Shown here: positions 19,689 through 30,436 of the stretch, piece by piece | Numbering within the stretch: the first letter of the stretch is position 1 | How the letters are laid out: each line of letters opens with the position of its first letter | Assembly (NCBI GenBank): GCA_965262725.1 | Contig: OZ253555.1 | Coordinates: 32,001-96,000, forward strand | Length of the DNA: 64,000 nucleotides | Origin: Dehalococcoidia bacterium | GTDB lineage: Bacteria; Chloroflexota; Dehalococcoidia; UBA2979 | Reading direction: 5' to 3' | Position numbers and translations under genes: made by a program | The notes under the pieces: generated by a model | Databases searched by the model: none | What the model was told of the DNA's origin: nothing | The model's input: only the letters and a program-made list of their open reading frames with translations

Positions 19689-21149
19689 TGCTCGCCCTCT
19701 CCGTCCGCTACCTGATGGGCTGGGCGATGGCGACCGATCCGACCGACCGGAGCCGCCCGGAGTGGCCCCCGCATCCCGACCGCGTCTTCATGGCGCTGGC
19801 CGCCGCCTACTTCGAGGGAGGGCGGCCGCGCGCCGGGCGCGAGGCGCTCACGTGGCTGGAGCGACAGCGCCCGCCCTCCCTGTGGGCCAGCGAGCACACC
19901 GAGCGGAGCCCCGCGACCGCGTTCGTGCCCGTCAACGATTCGGCGCTGCCCCGCACCCGGCCCGGGCAGGCGATCTCCCGGGACGCGGCCAGGCGCGCGC
20001 TGCAGCTCGTGCCGGAGCACCGCCCGAGGCAGCCCCCGGCAGTTCCCGGTCGCCGTCCCCCGCGACCCCACGATGCACCTGATCTGGGACGCCGATCCGC
20101 CGGCGGAGATCCACGGCGGCCTCGACGCACTCTGCCGCAGGGTCGTCCGGGTGGGCCATTCCGCGTCGCTGGCGGCGGCGCGCCTGGAGGGGGATCCCCC
20201 GGCTCCGAACCTGGTTCCCCGGGAGGGCTCGGGGCGGATGCGGCTGCGCGTGCCCGCGCCCGGCAGGCTGGAGCACCTGGCGGAGCAGCACCGCCGCGGC
20301 CTGCGCCCGGAGCATGCGCGGTGGGTGGGATACGGGGCGTCGGCGCACGAGCCGCCGGCGCCGGCCGCTCTGTCCGTGTTCGACTCCCGGATGCTGCTCC
20401 TGCGCAGAGTGGCCGGCCGCGAGCTGGGGCTTCCGAGCACCCTCGCGCTGACGGCGTCCTTCCGCGACGCCCTGATGGCCCGCTGCCCTGAGCCGGTGCC
20501 GGAGTGGCTGAGCGGCCACGCCCCCGGCGGAGGCCCGTCGCGGGATCCACACCTCGCGTTCCTGCCGCTCGCCCGCACCGCGGGCCCGCGCGCCGACGGC
20601 GAGCTGCTGGGAGTCGCGCTGGCCGTGCCCCGGCGGGTGAGCGTCGCCGAGCTGGCCGCGTGCCTGGGCCCGGTGATCGGACCCGGGCCCGACGGCTCGA
20701 ACCGGAGGATCCGCCTCTACGCGGGGCCGCTCTTCGAATGGGAGCTCCAGGTGGAGGAGCGCGAGGCTCCCCCCGCCCCCCTGCGCAGCGAGACCTGGAC
20801 CCGGCCCTCCGCGCGCTGGGCGACCGTCACGCCGGTCGCGTTCGACCGCCATCCGAAGGGACGGGACCAGGAGCGCCAGGTGGAGCGGATGGTGGGGCGG
20901 GCGTGCGAGCGGATCGGCCTGCCGCATCCGCTCGCCGTCGCCGCCTCCGCGATCTCGCCGCACGCGGGCGTCCCGCACGGCCGCGCCTTCCCGCCGCTGA
21001 GCCGGCGGCCGGCGGGCGGGCGGCGCCATACCCATGCGGTCATCACCTTCGAGGAGCCGGTCGCCGGTCCGGTCGTGCTCGGGGCGGGGAGGTACCGGGG
21101 CTACGGGTTCTGCCAGCCGCTGGACGGGGCCGGGGCGGGTGACCCGTGA
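19688..21149 (+). pseudogene. csb2: Type I-G Cas5/Cas6 fusion (Csb2) with a frameshift near 20035
   Basis: EWPPHPDRVFMALAAA; WATVTP; G-loop GPVVLGAGRYRGYGFCQP; shift in a C5 run. Confidence 0.9.
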
Positions 21150-23805
21150 CGGCGCTCTCCCCGGATCGCTTCTCCGAGTTCTTCCGGGCGGTGCACGGCA
21201 CGGAGCCCTTCCCCTGGCAGGAGCGGCTGGCGCGGCAGGTCGCCGGCGCCCGGCCGGGCGAGCCGTGCTGGCCGGACGCGCTCGCGCTGCCCCCCGCCGC
21301 CGGCACGACGGCATGCGTCGACATCTCCGTGTTCGCCCTCGCCTGCCAGGCCGGCCGCGCGCCCCCGGACCGCACGGCGCCGCGCCGCATCTTCTCCGTG
21401 GTGGACCGGCGCCTCGCCCTCGACGCCACCCTGGAGCGGGCGCTGGTGCTGGCCGGGGCGCTGGCCCGCGCCACGGGCGGCATCCTGGGGGAGGTCGCCT
21501 CCCGCCTGCGCTTCCTGGCCACGGGCGGCGAGACGGGCGCCGCCTCCGCGGAACCTCTCTCCGTCTTCGGGCTGCGCGACGGGATGTACCGCGACGACCG
21601 GTGGTTCCGCTCGCCCCTTCAGCCCGCCGTCGTCACCGCCACCGTGGACCAGTTCGGCTCGCGGCTGCTGTTCCGGGGGTACGGCCCGAGCAATTACATG
21701 TGGCCGGTGCACGCCGGCCTCGCCGCGAACGACAGTCTCGTGCTGCTGGACGAGGCCCACTGCGCCCGGCCGTTCCGGCAGACGCTTCGGCGCGTCATGC
21801 AGTACCGGCAGTGGCGCTCCGCGCCCGCGGCGGTCCCGGGCGCTCCCTTCTCCGTGACGCTCGCCTCCGCCGCCCCGCCCCCGGACGCCGGGAGCACGTT
21901 CACCCTCGGGCCGGGCGATCGCTCCCACCCGGTTCTGGGGCCGCGGCTGAGCTGCTCCAGGCCGGCCAGGCTCGTCCTGGTGCGGAGCCCGCGGGGGGAG
22001 GATGCCGCCGCTGCCTGGGCGTCGCGGATCGCCGGCGAGGCCGCCTCGCTCGCCGGGTCCGGCCGCACCGCCATCGGCGTGATCGTCAACCGCGTCCAGA
22101 CCGCGAGGGCGGTCCACGAGCAGCTGGAGCGGCTCGGGCACCCGGCGGTGCTGCTCAGCGGCCGCATGCGGCCGCTGGATCGACACCAGGTCGCCGCCGG
22201 GCTGGGAGCGCTCGGGACGGCCGAGCCGCGAGGCTCCCTGGAGCCGATCTTCGTCGTGGGCACGCAGGCGCTGGAGGTCGGCTCCGATCTGGACGTCGAC
22301 GGGCTGGTCACCGAGTGCGCGAGCCTGGATGCCCTCAGGCAGCGCTTCGGACGCCTCAACCGGGCGGGCCGCCCCGTCCCGGCCCGCGCCGTCATCCTGG
22401 CCGAGTCCGCGCGGATCGGCCGGAGGAGCGGCCCCGACGTGGTCTACGGCGGGGCGCTGGCGGCGACGTGGCGGTGGCTCGAAGGCCACGCCTCAGGCGG
22501 CGAGATCGACCTCGGGCAGGAGGCGCTCCAGCGCCTCCTGCCGGCGGAGCACGGCGAGCGGGCGGCGCTGCTTGAGCGGCTCTCCGCCCCGGCCGCCGAC
22601 GCGCCGGTGATGTTCCCGGCCCACCTGGACGCCTGGAGCCAGACCTCGCCGGTGCCCGCTCCCGACCCGGACGTCTCGGTCTTCCTGCACGGCCCCGGGC
22701 GCGGAACGCCCGACGTGCAGCTGTGCTGGCGCTCGGATCTGCCGGCCGCGCTGACGGGCCCGCGGGCGGCGGACCCCGCCGCGTCCATCGTCAGCCTCTG
22801 CCCGCCGGCCTCCGGGGAATGCCTGCCCGTGCCCCTCTCCGTCTTCCGCCGCTGGCTCCGGGGCGACGACCGGGCGCAGCCCTCGAGCGACGTCGAGGGC
22901 GGGGGCCCGGGTGACGGCGACGGGCGGCGCGAGGTGCCCCGCGGCGCGCGCGTCGTGCTCAGGTGGCGCGGCCCGGAGGAGAGCGCGCTGGTCGGCGCGG
23001 AGGACGCAGGCGAGCTGCAGCCCGGCGACACCCTGGTCGTGCCCGCGGAGCTGGGCGGATGGGATCTCCTCGGCGCCGTGCCGGCGCCGCACGCAGCGCC
23101 CCTCGACATCGGTGACGCGGCGCACCGTGAGTCGCGGTCGGTGCCGCTCCTGCGCGTGCACGAGCGCACGCTTCAGTCCTGGCCGCAGGGCCCGGAGCGC
23201 GATGCGCTCTCCGGCATGCTCCGCCGCGGCGAGATCCCGGAGGAGGCCGACGAGTTGCTGCCGCTCGTGTCGGCGATCGCCGGGCGGGACGACGCCCCCG
23301 GCTGGCTGCGGGCGGCCGCGGCGGCCTGGGCCGGCGGGCACAGGCGGACGATACTGCCGCACCCGGGCGGCGGCTTCGTGCCGCGCGGCGCGCGCGACCC
23401 GGCGTCCGGTCTCGAGGCGGGGACGCCCACCGACGAGGACGACGCCTACTCCGCGACCGTGGAGGTGGCGCTTGAGGATCACGTCGCCGGCGTCGCCGCG
23501 TGGGCGACGCGCTTCGGGCGGGGGGCGGGGCTCCCCGAGGAGCTGACGCACGACCTCGCCCTGGCCGCGCGCCTCCACGACCGGGGGAAGGTGGACCCCC
23601 GGCAGCAGGTGATGTTCCACGGGGGCAACCCCTTGGCGGCCGCCACCCGCGCGCCCCTGGCCAGGTCCGCGCGGTACCCGTCGAGCCGCGCGGAGTACCG
23701 GCGGGCCTGCCGGGAGAGCGGCTTCCCGGTCGGCGGCCGGCACGAGCTGCTCTCCGTCGCCCTCGCGGGGAGCGCACCCGACCTGCTCGCCTCCGCCCAT
23801 GATCC
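21146..23805 (+). pseudogene. cas3: Type I-G Cas3 (helicase + C-terminal HD domain), Walker A degenerate and HD truncated
   Basis: PFPWQ, VVDRR, TVDQFGSRLLFRGYG, LLDEAH, QRFGRLNR, LHDRGKVDPR, RHELLS; homology ends at SAHDP although the ORF reads on to 24244. Confidence 0.92.
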
Positions 23806-24086
23806 GACGGGGCCGCGCGCGCAGGGGGGGGGGTCGGACAGAGTTCGGCGCCCGCCGCGTGGGGGCCGGTCGCGAGGGCGCCGCGCTCCCGGCATGCGGC
23901 CGGCAGGAGACGCAGAGGGGCCGCTTCAGCCGGATGCTCAGCCGTCGGTTCCGCGTTGGGGGCGGCTCTGCCGGGCGGCGGCGTCGTACCCACCTCCGAT
24001 GCGGGCCGGGCGTGCCGCGACGTGCCGGGCGGCCGTGTTGCGACGAGCACCGCTCGCCGCCATCCTGAAATCTCGGCCTCGCGCGC

Positions 24087-24152
24087 GCGCCGGTAGCTCA
24101 GGGGACAGAGCATCAGTCTTGAGAGATGAGGGTCGAATCCCTCCCGGTGCGT
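24087..24152 (+). pseudogene. Degenerate copy of tRNA-Arg (5' half and about 30 bp of leader identical, 3' half eroded)
   Basis: 24057-24120 matches 34580-34643; anticodon and T arms are broken. Confidence 0.85.
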
Positions 24153-24443
24153 ATCCTTCCCTCTCGCTGCCTGCCGAGACCCACAGAATCGAGGCGCGCC
24201 CCACCGACGCCCCACGTGCTCGCGCCAACGTGCTCGTCGTCTAGGCCGAACTCGCCTCGCACGACTGCCTGCGCGCGGCCTGCGGAGAGCTGAACCACTC
24301 CCGCGTCAACGTGCCGCTGCGGGTCTCGCACCGGGGCGGCACTGGAGCACGGGGGCCGTTGGGAGCGGCCTGACGAACGGTGACCTCCGCTGGGCCGTCG
24401 CTCCCCTTGGCAGGAGTCCGCCTGAGGCCGGCCCATGCGGCGG

Positions 24444-24800
24444 TCACTCCTCCGGCGGTCGCGAGATGCGGATCCTCCCACCGCGAATCGTGATCACCGC
24501 GCGTTCGTCCAGGGCGCCGCCGTGATGCGCGATCACATCCGCCATCAAGGCGATGCGCCGCTCCGCCGGGACGTCCGGCAGCCGCACCAGTCCCGCGTGC
24601 GGCACGTCGTGCACGTAGATCAGCTCCCCGAAGTCGGTGTCGATCGTGACCAGCACCCGGTCCAGCGTCTCGGCGAACTCCAGCAACGCCCGGTCACCGG
24701 GGTCGGGGCCGAGCCTGCGCGCCTCCAGGACATCGTGGCCGCCACTGCGAAGCGACTCCGCGACATGCCGTCGGGCGCAGCGATCGACAAGGAACCTCAC
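24444..24800 (-). CDS. DUF5615 PIN-like toxin
   Basis: MRFLVDRC...GHDV...RVLVTIDTDFGEL. Confidence 0.9.
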   Translation of the reverse strand: MRFLVDRCARRHVAESLRSGGHDVLEARRLGPDPGDRALLEFAETLDRVLVTIDTDFGELIYVHDVPHAGLVRLPDVPAERRIALMADVIAHHGGALDERAVITIRGGRIRISRPPEE

Positions 24801-25048
24801 TACCCGGCGACGGAGACCGTGGCCAGCGTGTCGCGCGCGATGACCGCGTGCGCGTAGGCGGTGCAGGCGAGGATGTCATCGGGCTCAAGGTCCGGGTAGT
24901 CGTCGAGGATAGCCCCCGGTTCGACGCGCTGAGCGAGCAGGCTCAACACCAGCTCCACGGAGATGCGGAGGTCGCGAATGATCGGCTTTCCGCCGAAGAC
25001 ATCGGGCCGCGCGGTAATGCGCTGCAGCAGTTCCTCGTTCGCCGACAT
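24800..25048 (-). CDS. DUF433 antitoxin
   Basis: RITARPDVFGGKPIIRDLRISV...ILDDYPDL. Confidence 0.92.
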   Translation of the reverse strand: MSANEELLQRITARPDVFGGKPIIRDLRISVELVLSLLAQRVEPGAILDDYPDLEPDDILACTAYAHAVIARDTLATVSVAG

Positions 25049-25399
25049 GATCCACCTCCGGCTCCATCGCCGCGGGACTCTCGGCTGCGACTCCCAGCAT
25101 ACCGCGCCCTGCGCGGAGGGAACGTGAGCGCGGCGTGCCGCCCCGCAACTCGCGCTCCTCAAGCGGGCAGTCGACGATTCGCTTCAAGCCAGCGTCGACG
25201 CCTACCCCAGCGAACAGAGGGACTGCTCGCGGGCCGTCCTTCCGGTGAGAGCCGGGAGTCGTTTCGGCGTTGGCTCCAGGCGAAGCGCGTCGGCCGGCCG
25301 CTACGCTCGACGCCCTCTTCGATGGGGGCGACGGAGAACCGTCCCGGAGCAGCCGCGGTTCGAGTCCTTCCCGGCGCCGGTCGACGATACGCTCCCGGA

Positions 25400-25470
25400 G
25401 AGTCGGCAGCGCGTTCAGGACCGCGGCCGGGTCCTGATCGCCGAAGAGATGTCCGCGCGCGACCTCCGGA
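25400..25470 (+). pseudogene. Remnant of an XRE antitoxin N-terminus (paralogous to 29534)
   Basis: RQRVQDRGRVLIAEEMSARDLR. Confidence 0.7.
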
Positions 25471-25481
25471 GCGCGGTGCCG

Positions 25482-25544
25482 TTGTTAGCGACAACGCTGT
25501 CGGTCGATAATAGCGAACACGGCTATTCTCACCGTCGCTAACAA
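25482..25544. promoter_or_regulatory. 11-bp inverted repeat flanking the fic promoter
   Basis: TTGTTAGCGAC...GTCGCTAACAA, ending at the AGGAG RBS. Confidence 0.6.
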
Positions 25545-25555
25545 GGAGCCGCCTG

Positions 25556-26728
25556 GTGATCCACCGGCAGCGACAGCCCCACGGACGCCTCGTGGACTGC
25601 CCCGGCAACTACCGCGCCTTCGTGCCGGCTCCACCCCCGCCATCCCTCTCCTAGGATGAGCATCTCACGCTTGGCCTGTCCGCCGCCGACCGCGCCATCG
25701 GCAGACTCGCCGGTGAAGGACGGCGACTCCCCCACCCGCATCTCCTGATCCGGCCCTTCGTCCGCAGGGAGGCCGTGCTCTCCAGCCGCATCGAGGGCAC
25801 GCAGGCGACTCTGGGGGAGTTGCTTGCGGCCGAGGCCGGCGCCGCCGTCGACCGCAGCCCGGACGACCTGCGTGAGGTCGGGAACTACGTCACTGCCCTC
25901 GAGTACGGCCTGGAGCGCCGTGCAACGCTGCCCGTCTCGCTGCGTCTCGTGCGAGAACTCCACGAACGACTCATGCGGGGGGTCCGTGGGGACGTGGCTA
26001 CCCCGGGAGAGTTCCGGCGCAGCCAGAACTGGATCGGGCCACCGGGCTGCACCCTCTACGAGGCGAGCTACGTCCCGCCCCCGCCTGCCGAGCTGATGCC
26101 GTGCCTCGACGCCTGGGAGCGGTTCCTTCACGATCAGTCCCTCCCCCCGCTCGTGCACGCCGCCGTCGCCCATGCCCACTTCGAGGCGATCCACCCCTTC
26201 CTCGACGGCAACGGCCGCGTCGGGCGCCTGCTCATCACGCTCCTGCTGATCGCGCGCGGCGTCCTCCCCTCACCCCTGCTCTGCCTGAGCGCCTACTTCG
26301 AGTCGACGAGGGACGCCTACTACGCTCACCTGCTGGCACTGACGGAGCGGGGGGAATGGGAGGAGTGGCTGACCTACTTTCTGCGAGGGGTCGTGCTGCA
26401 ATCGGAGGATGCCCTGGAGAGGATCGAGCGGCTCGACGACCTGCTGGCGGGCTGGAGGCGGGGGCTCGCGGCCGCGCGCTCACGACTGCCCGAGCAGGCA
26501 CTCGACCTCTTCGCCGAGAACCCCTTCTGGACGGTGCGCGGCGTGTCCTCACGCCTCGGGGTGGCCTTCACGACCGCTCAGCGGGGCATCGAGCGCCTGC
26601 AGGCGTCCGGCATCGTCACCCGCGTGGGAGAAGGTCGCCGCAACCGCGTCTACTGTGCGGAGGCCGTCCTGAACATCCTGGAGCAGCCCTTCCCTCCTCA
26701 GAGAGGTGCTCCGGCCGCGACGTCCTGA
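25556..26728 (+). pseudogene. fic: Fic family protein with an in-frame TAG at 25652
   Basis: YRAFVPAP, EAVLSSRIEGT, HPFLDGNGRVGR, C-terminal winged HTH. Confidence 0.9.
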
Positions 26729-27057
26729 CCACACCCCGAGGATCCCGCTGCGAGGACTCGCGATTCAGCGCACGATTGCGGATCGTGACGGACCGGGGCC
26801 CGCCTCGGCTGCATCCGCGGGCTGCTTCGATGACCTGCTGCGCTCATCGTCCAGGATGAGCTTCTCGCGCATGCGACGCTGCTCGAGGCGTTCGGGCCGA
26901 CGCTCGGCCGGCCGCACGTGGACACACTGAATGGATCGCGCCACAGCAATATGAAGGAGCTTCGCTTTGGGGATTATATGGGAAAGTGCCACGAGATGAT
27001 AGGCTAGAGCGGTGACCCGCAACGTCCTGAGACAGGCGGGCCACCGCTCTCGACGAT

Positions 27058-27128
27058 GGGGCGTGCAGGCTTGCCGGGGTAGACTTACACCCTGCCCCCG
27101 CCGGGTTCGACTCCCGGACGCTCCACCA
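27058..27128 (+). ncRNA. tRNA-like / tmRNA-TLD-like small RNA (71 nt)
   Basis: Acceptor stem GGGGCGT/ACGCTCC with G3:U70, discriminator A, encoded CCA, T-arm CCGGG-TTCGACT-CCCGG, central helix GGGGTAG/CTGCCCC, no canonical D-arm. Confidence 0.7.
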
Positions 27129-27287
27129 TCACCTTACCAGAGGGAGGGGCAGCCGCCGACTTTGCCGGCAGGCCGAGTACAGCCCGCGCCAACTCCTGCG
27201 GCGACGCGTCGATCCGATTATCTACTCGCTTCGGCACGTCTCAGCCTCTCTTCCCACATCTAGGGTGTTGGACGCGTTCGGCGTTTG

Positions 27288-27782
27288 TCAAGGTGCGTCC
27301 GAGGGGGCGATCTCGACATGCCAGGCCCCGTCGCAGAGCACCAGGAGCTCGATGCGCGCTGTGAGCCGGGCTGTGAAGGTGACCACCTGCACCGCCTCCC
27401 AGTGACCGCGCTCCTTGTTCCAGCCGACAGAGGTGTCGCGAATCGCGACGATGGACGTGCCGTACTTGCTGTGGTCCTCGACCCACTTCGACGCCGAGCG
27501 GTCGAGCACGTGCATGCTGCACAGGTCGAGGAACTCGGTGTGCTCTGCGTCCAGCCACGTGGAGCGGGCAGTGTATCTGCCGGGGGCGAGCACAAAGGAG
27601 TCGCTCGTGAAATCCCCCACCCCGTCAAATGTCCCGGCCGGCGGATCTGGCTCGGGCACCGCGCTCTTGACGAGGGCGCGGTGTTCGTCGGTCAGGTCGT
27701 CCGGAAACAGGGCGCTCAGGTCGCTGCCAGCGAGGTGGGACGCGATCACGATAAGCACGGCCAAGATGAGCGACGACAGCAC
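27288..27782 (-). CDS. Exported hypothetical protein (IS passenger)
   Basis: Hydrophobic N-terminus; FDGVGDFTSDSFVLAPGRY beta-rich domain. Confidence 0.65.
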   Translation of the reverse strand: MLSSLILAVLIVIASHLAGSDLSALFPDDLTDEHRALVKSAVPEPDPPAGTFDGVGDFTSDSFVLAPGRYTARSTWLDAEHTEFLDLCSMHVLDRSASKWVEDHSKYGTSIVAIRDTSVGWNKERGHWEAVQVVTFTARLTARIELLVLCDGAWHVEIAPSDAP

Positions 27783-27977
27783 GTGGAGCCCCCTCGCGGA
27801 GCAGGTCGGGGATTGACCGCTCTCGCCAGATGGCCCTTACACCGGCACAGCCCCGCGAGGAGACATGGGTCTCCCCGACCTCTGAGAGGTGCCGATGCAG
27901 GTCGCTCTGGCGAGAGCTGCGGGATGCTACCACAAATGGCGTGTCGCGCGGCGACACGCTCCGGTACAATCACCGGT

Positions 27978-28322
27978 ATGACCCCCAAGCAGACCGATCA
28001 GGCGATCGCTGAGCTTGTGACGAGCTTTGCTGCGAACCAGCAGGCTCGCGGGTTCGCGCAGATGCGGCTCCAGTCGGTTGGACGCCAGCTACAGGAGCTT
28101 GGGAAGGCTCTCGTCGACACACCCCGCGCCGTGTGCCTCAAGGATGGCGTTATCGCCAAGAACTACGCTGATGCAGGCGCAACCGTCGAGGACGTTACGT
28201 GGGATGGCCATTCTCTGCGAGACATGATCGAAGCCTACCATGAGGCCCTCACCGAGCAGGATCGTCTCTCCGCGACAGCGAGGACCTGCGGGCTGGATAA
28301 CGTCCTCCGGATCGACCCCTAG
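27978..28322 (+). CDS. Hypothetical helical protein (IS passenger), probably leaderless
   Basis: MTPKQTDQAIAELV...; TACAAT -10-like box at 27965, 7 bp before the ATG. Confidence 0.65.
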   Translation: MTPKQTDQAIAELVTSFAANQQARGFAQMRLQSVGRQLQELGKALVDTPRAVCLKDGVIAKNYADAGATVEDVTWDGHSLRDMIEAYHEALTEQDRLSATARTCGLDNVLRIDP

Positions 28323-28340
28323 CTCGGGGGTCTCACGCGA

Positions 28341-29279
28341 CTAGGCCACAAGGTCACAGTAGCGCAGGCGCTTGCCCTGCATCCCCCGCCAGATCGCGGC
28401 CATCTGATCGATCGTGTCCATCGGGCGCTGGTTGTGGCGGCCCGCGAACTCGGCGACGTAGCGGTCGAGGTGCTTCGGGCTCATGCGGTGGTACGTCCCG
28501 TAGTAGCCGCGCTTGAGCATCGACCAGAACGACTCGATACCGTTCGTGTGAGCTTGACCGTTGACGTACTCGCCCACGCTGTGGGCGACCGTCTCGTGAT
28601 TCGGGAGGCCCCGGTACGCGCCGTGGTCGTCCGTGTAGACATCGGCCTCCTGCGCGATGCGCGAGAGGACGAACGGCTTGAGCGTCGCGCCGTCGGTGCG
28701 CTCGACGACGCGGGCGCTCACCTGGCCTGATACACGATCCTTGACGCCGGCGACGGCGGTCTTGCCGACAGGCCCGCGGCCCGCGCGCAGCTTCATGCTC
28801 GCGTGCTTGTTGTGCTCCTTACCGCCGATGTAGGTCTCGTCCGCCTCGACGGGGCCGATGAAGCCGTTGAGGTCGCCCTGCGCCTCCCATGCCTGGCGGA
28901 TGCGGTGTACGAGGTGCCACGCGGACTTCTGCGTGACCTCGAGGTCGCGGTGCATCTTCATCGACGAAACACCCTTGAGCGAGGTCGAGAGCACGTAGAT
29001 CGCGATCGCCCATGTCTGGTAGCCAAGCTTCGAGGACTGCATGGCCGTGCCGGTGCGAACGCTGAAGCGCTTCTTGCAGTCGCGGCAGCGGAAGGGCATG
29101 GACTTGTGGACGGCGTCGGTCTTCACGTCTAGGGAGCCGCAGGCTGTGCAGGCGGGAGAGCCGCCCCAGCGGGTCTCTACGAACCAGTCCTCGGCGGTCG
29201 TGTCGTCGGGGAACAAGCGAAACAACTCTCGCATGCTCATCCCCTTGCGGTGGTACTGGCCCGGCGCCTTCTGCGTCAT
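28341..29279 (-). CDS. tnp: IS1595-family DDE transposase
   Basis: Zn ribbon CTAC...CRDCKKRFS, VEADETYIGG, YTDD, HTNGIESFW; AAGGAG RBS. Confidence 0.96.
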   Translation of the reverse strand: MTQKAPGQYHRKGMSMRELFRLFPDDTTAEDWFVETRWGGSPACTACGSLDVKTDAVHKSMPFRCRDCKKRFSVRTGTAMQSSKLGYQTWAIAIYVLSTSLKGVSSMKMHRDLEVTQKSAWHLVHRIRQAWEAQGDLNGFIGPVEADETYIGGKEHNKHASMKLRAGRGPVGKTAVAGVKDRVSGQVSARVVERTDGATLKPFVLSRIAQEADVYTDDHGAYRGLPNHETVAHSVGEYVNGQAHTNGIESFWSMLKRGYYGTYHRMSPKHLDRYVAEFAGRHNQRPMDTIDQMAAIWRGMQGKRLRYCDLVA

Positions 29280-29533
29280 CTCCGGATTCTCCTTGCTACA
29301 CAAGGATCATATCATCTCGTGGCAGTTTTGTATATAATCCCCTTCGCTTTCGGGCCGCTGGAGGCGTGTGGCGCGTCGCCTTCGCGTTCGACCCACGGCG
29401 GCGGGCCATGCTGCTCGCAGCCGGTGACAAGGCAGGTCTGGATGAGCGGCGCTCCTACCGCCAGTTGATCAGGAGGGCGGACCAGCGGTTCGACTCCCAT
29501 CTCGAGCGGCTGGGGTGAAGCACGGAGGTGACC

Positions 29534-29869
29534 ATGTCGACACTCAACCAGCGGTTGGACGGACTTGCGCCTGAGCGCCGGCAGCGCGTCGAGGACCGCG
29601 CGCGGGTTCTGATTGCCGAAGAGATGTCCCTGCGAGACCTGCGACGAGCCCGGGAGCAGACCCAGGCGAGCGTCGCGGCGAGGCTCGGGATCAACCAGGA
29701 GAACGTCTCACGACTCGAACAGCGCAGCGATCTGCTCCTCTCCACGCTTCGCAGTTACGTCGGAGCGATGGGCGGCACGCTGAACATCGTCGCCGAGTTC
29801 CCCGACCGCCCGCCTATAGCGCTGACCGGTATCGCGGCTCTGGACGGGGAGCAGGACGAGCCGGGTTAG
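29534..29869 (+). CDS. XRE-family HTH antitoxin
   Basis: LRDLRRAREQTQASVAARLGINQENVSRLEQRSDLLLSTL. Confidence 0.92.
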   Translation: MSTLNQRLDGLAPERRQRVEDRARVLIAEEMSLRDLRRAREQTQASVAARLGINQENVSRLEQRSDLLLSTLRSYVGAMGGTLNIVAEFPDRPPIALTGIAALDGEQDEPG

Positions 29870-29891
29870 CCCGGGGGGCGCTTCACCCGTC

Positions 29892-30436
29892 CTATCCCCG
29901 TCTGCGCGGGACCCGCCTGAGAGGTTCCGAGGAGCGGGTGGCTCCTCTGGGACTCGCGAGCTGCCGCTCCAGCGCCGTGAACGCCTCGATGAGTTCGGGA
30001 GCCTCGAACGCACGGTTTCGGCGTCCGACGGTCAACTGCGTGAGGATGCCGGCCTCCTCCAGCCGGTTAATGGCCTGGCTTGTCGCCTGGTACGACCGGC
30101 CGATCAGGTCCGCCGCCGACGCGCGGCGCACCGGCCCCAGCCGCCCGCGCCAGGCGTCCTGGAGCGCCCGCACCTGCTCCTCGAAGCGCCCGGCGTCCTC
30201 GGCGGCGCGTCTGTATGCGCTCGCGAAGAGCGCGATCCAGCGGTTGACGCCGGCGCGGGCATCGTCCGAATCGGGCACGCCCTCGTAGCGCGTCGCCGTG
30301 AGGCCACCCACGTAGTCGCCGGGCCACGTGGCGAGGATCAACGAGATCGGCGGGAGGATGCGTGGTGCGAGCCCGCGTCGTCGTAGCACGAGGTGGATGA
30401 GCGCGCGTCCGGTTCGCCCGTTCCCGTCGATGAACG
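29892..30436 (-). pseudogene. C-terminal fragment of a Fic protein (paralog of 49194-50465)
   Basis: PFIDGNGRTGRALIHLVLRRRGL...RNRAFEAPELIEAFTALER. Confidence 0.85.

Larger units (their letters stand above)
26969..29342 (-). mobile_element. IS1595-family transposon with passenger genes
   Basis: 33-bp TIRs (26969-27001 and 29310-29342, 29/33 match); 8-bp TSD TTCGCTTT at 26961-26968 and 29343-29350. Confidence 0.95.
26849..29518 (+). pseudogene. RelE/ParE (Gp49-like) toxin split by the IS1595 element
   Basis: ...GPTLGRPHVDTLNGSRHSNMKELRF (to 26968) continues as RAAGGVWRVAFAFDPRRRAMLLAAGDKAG (from 29351). Confidence 0.9.

Noticed and set aside
23806-24244. C-terminal extension of the 1032-aa Cas3 ORF as a novel domain
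   Set aside because: It is read-through across non-coding DNA and the pseudo-tRNA after the truncation.
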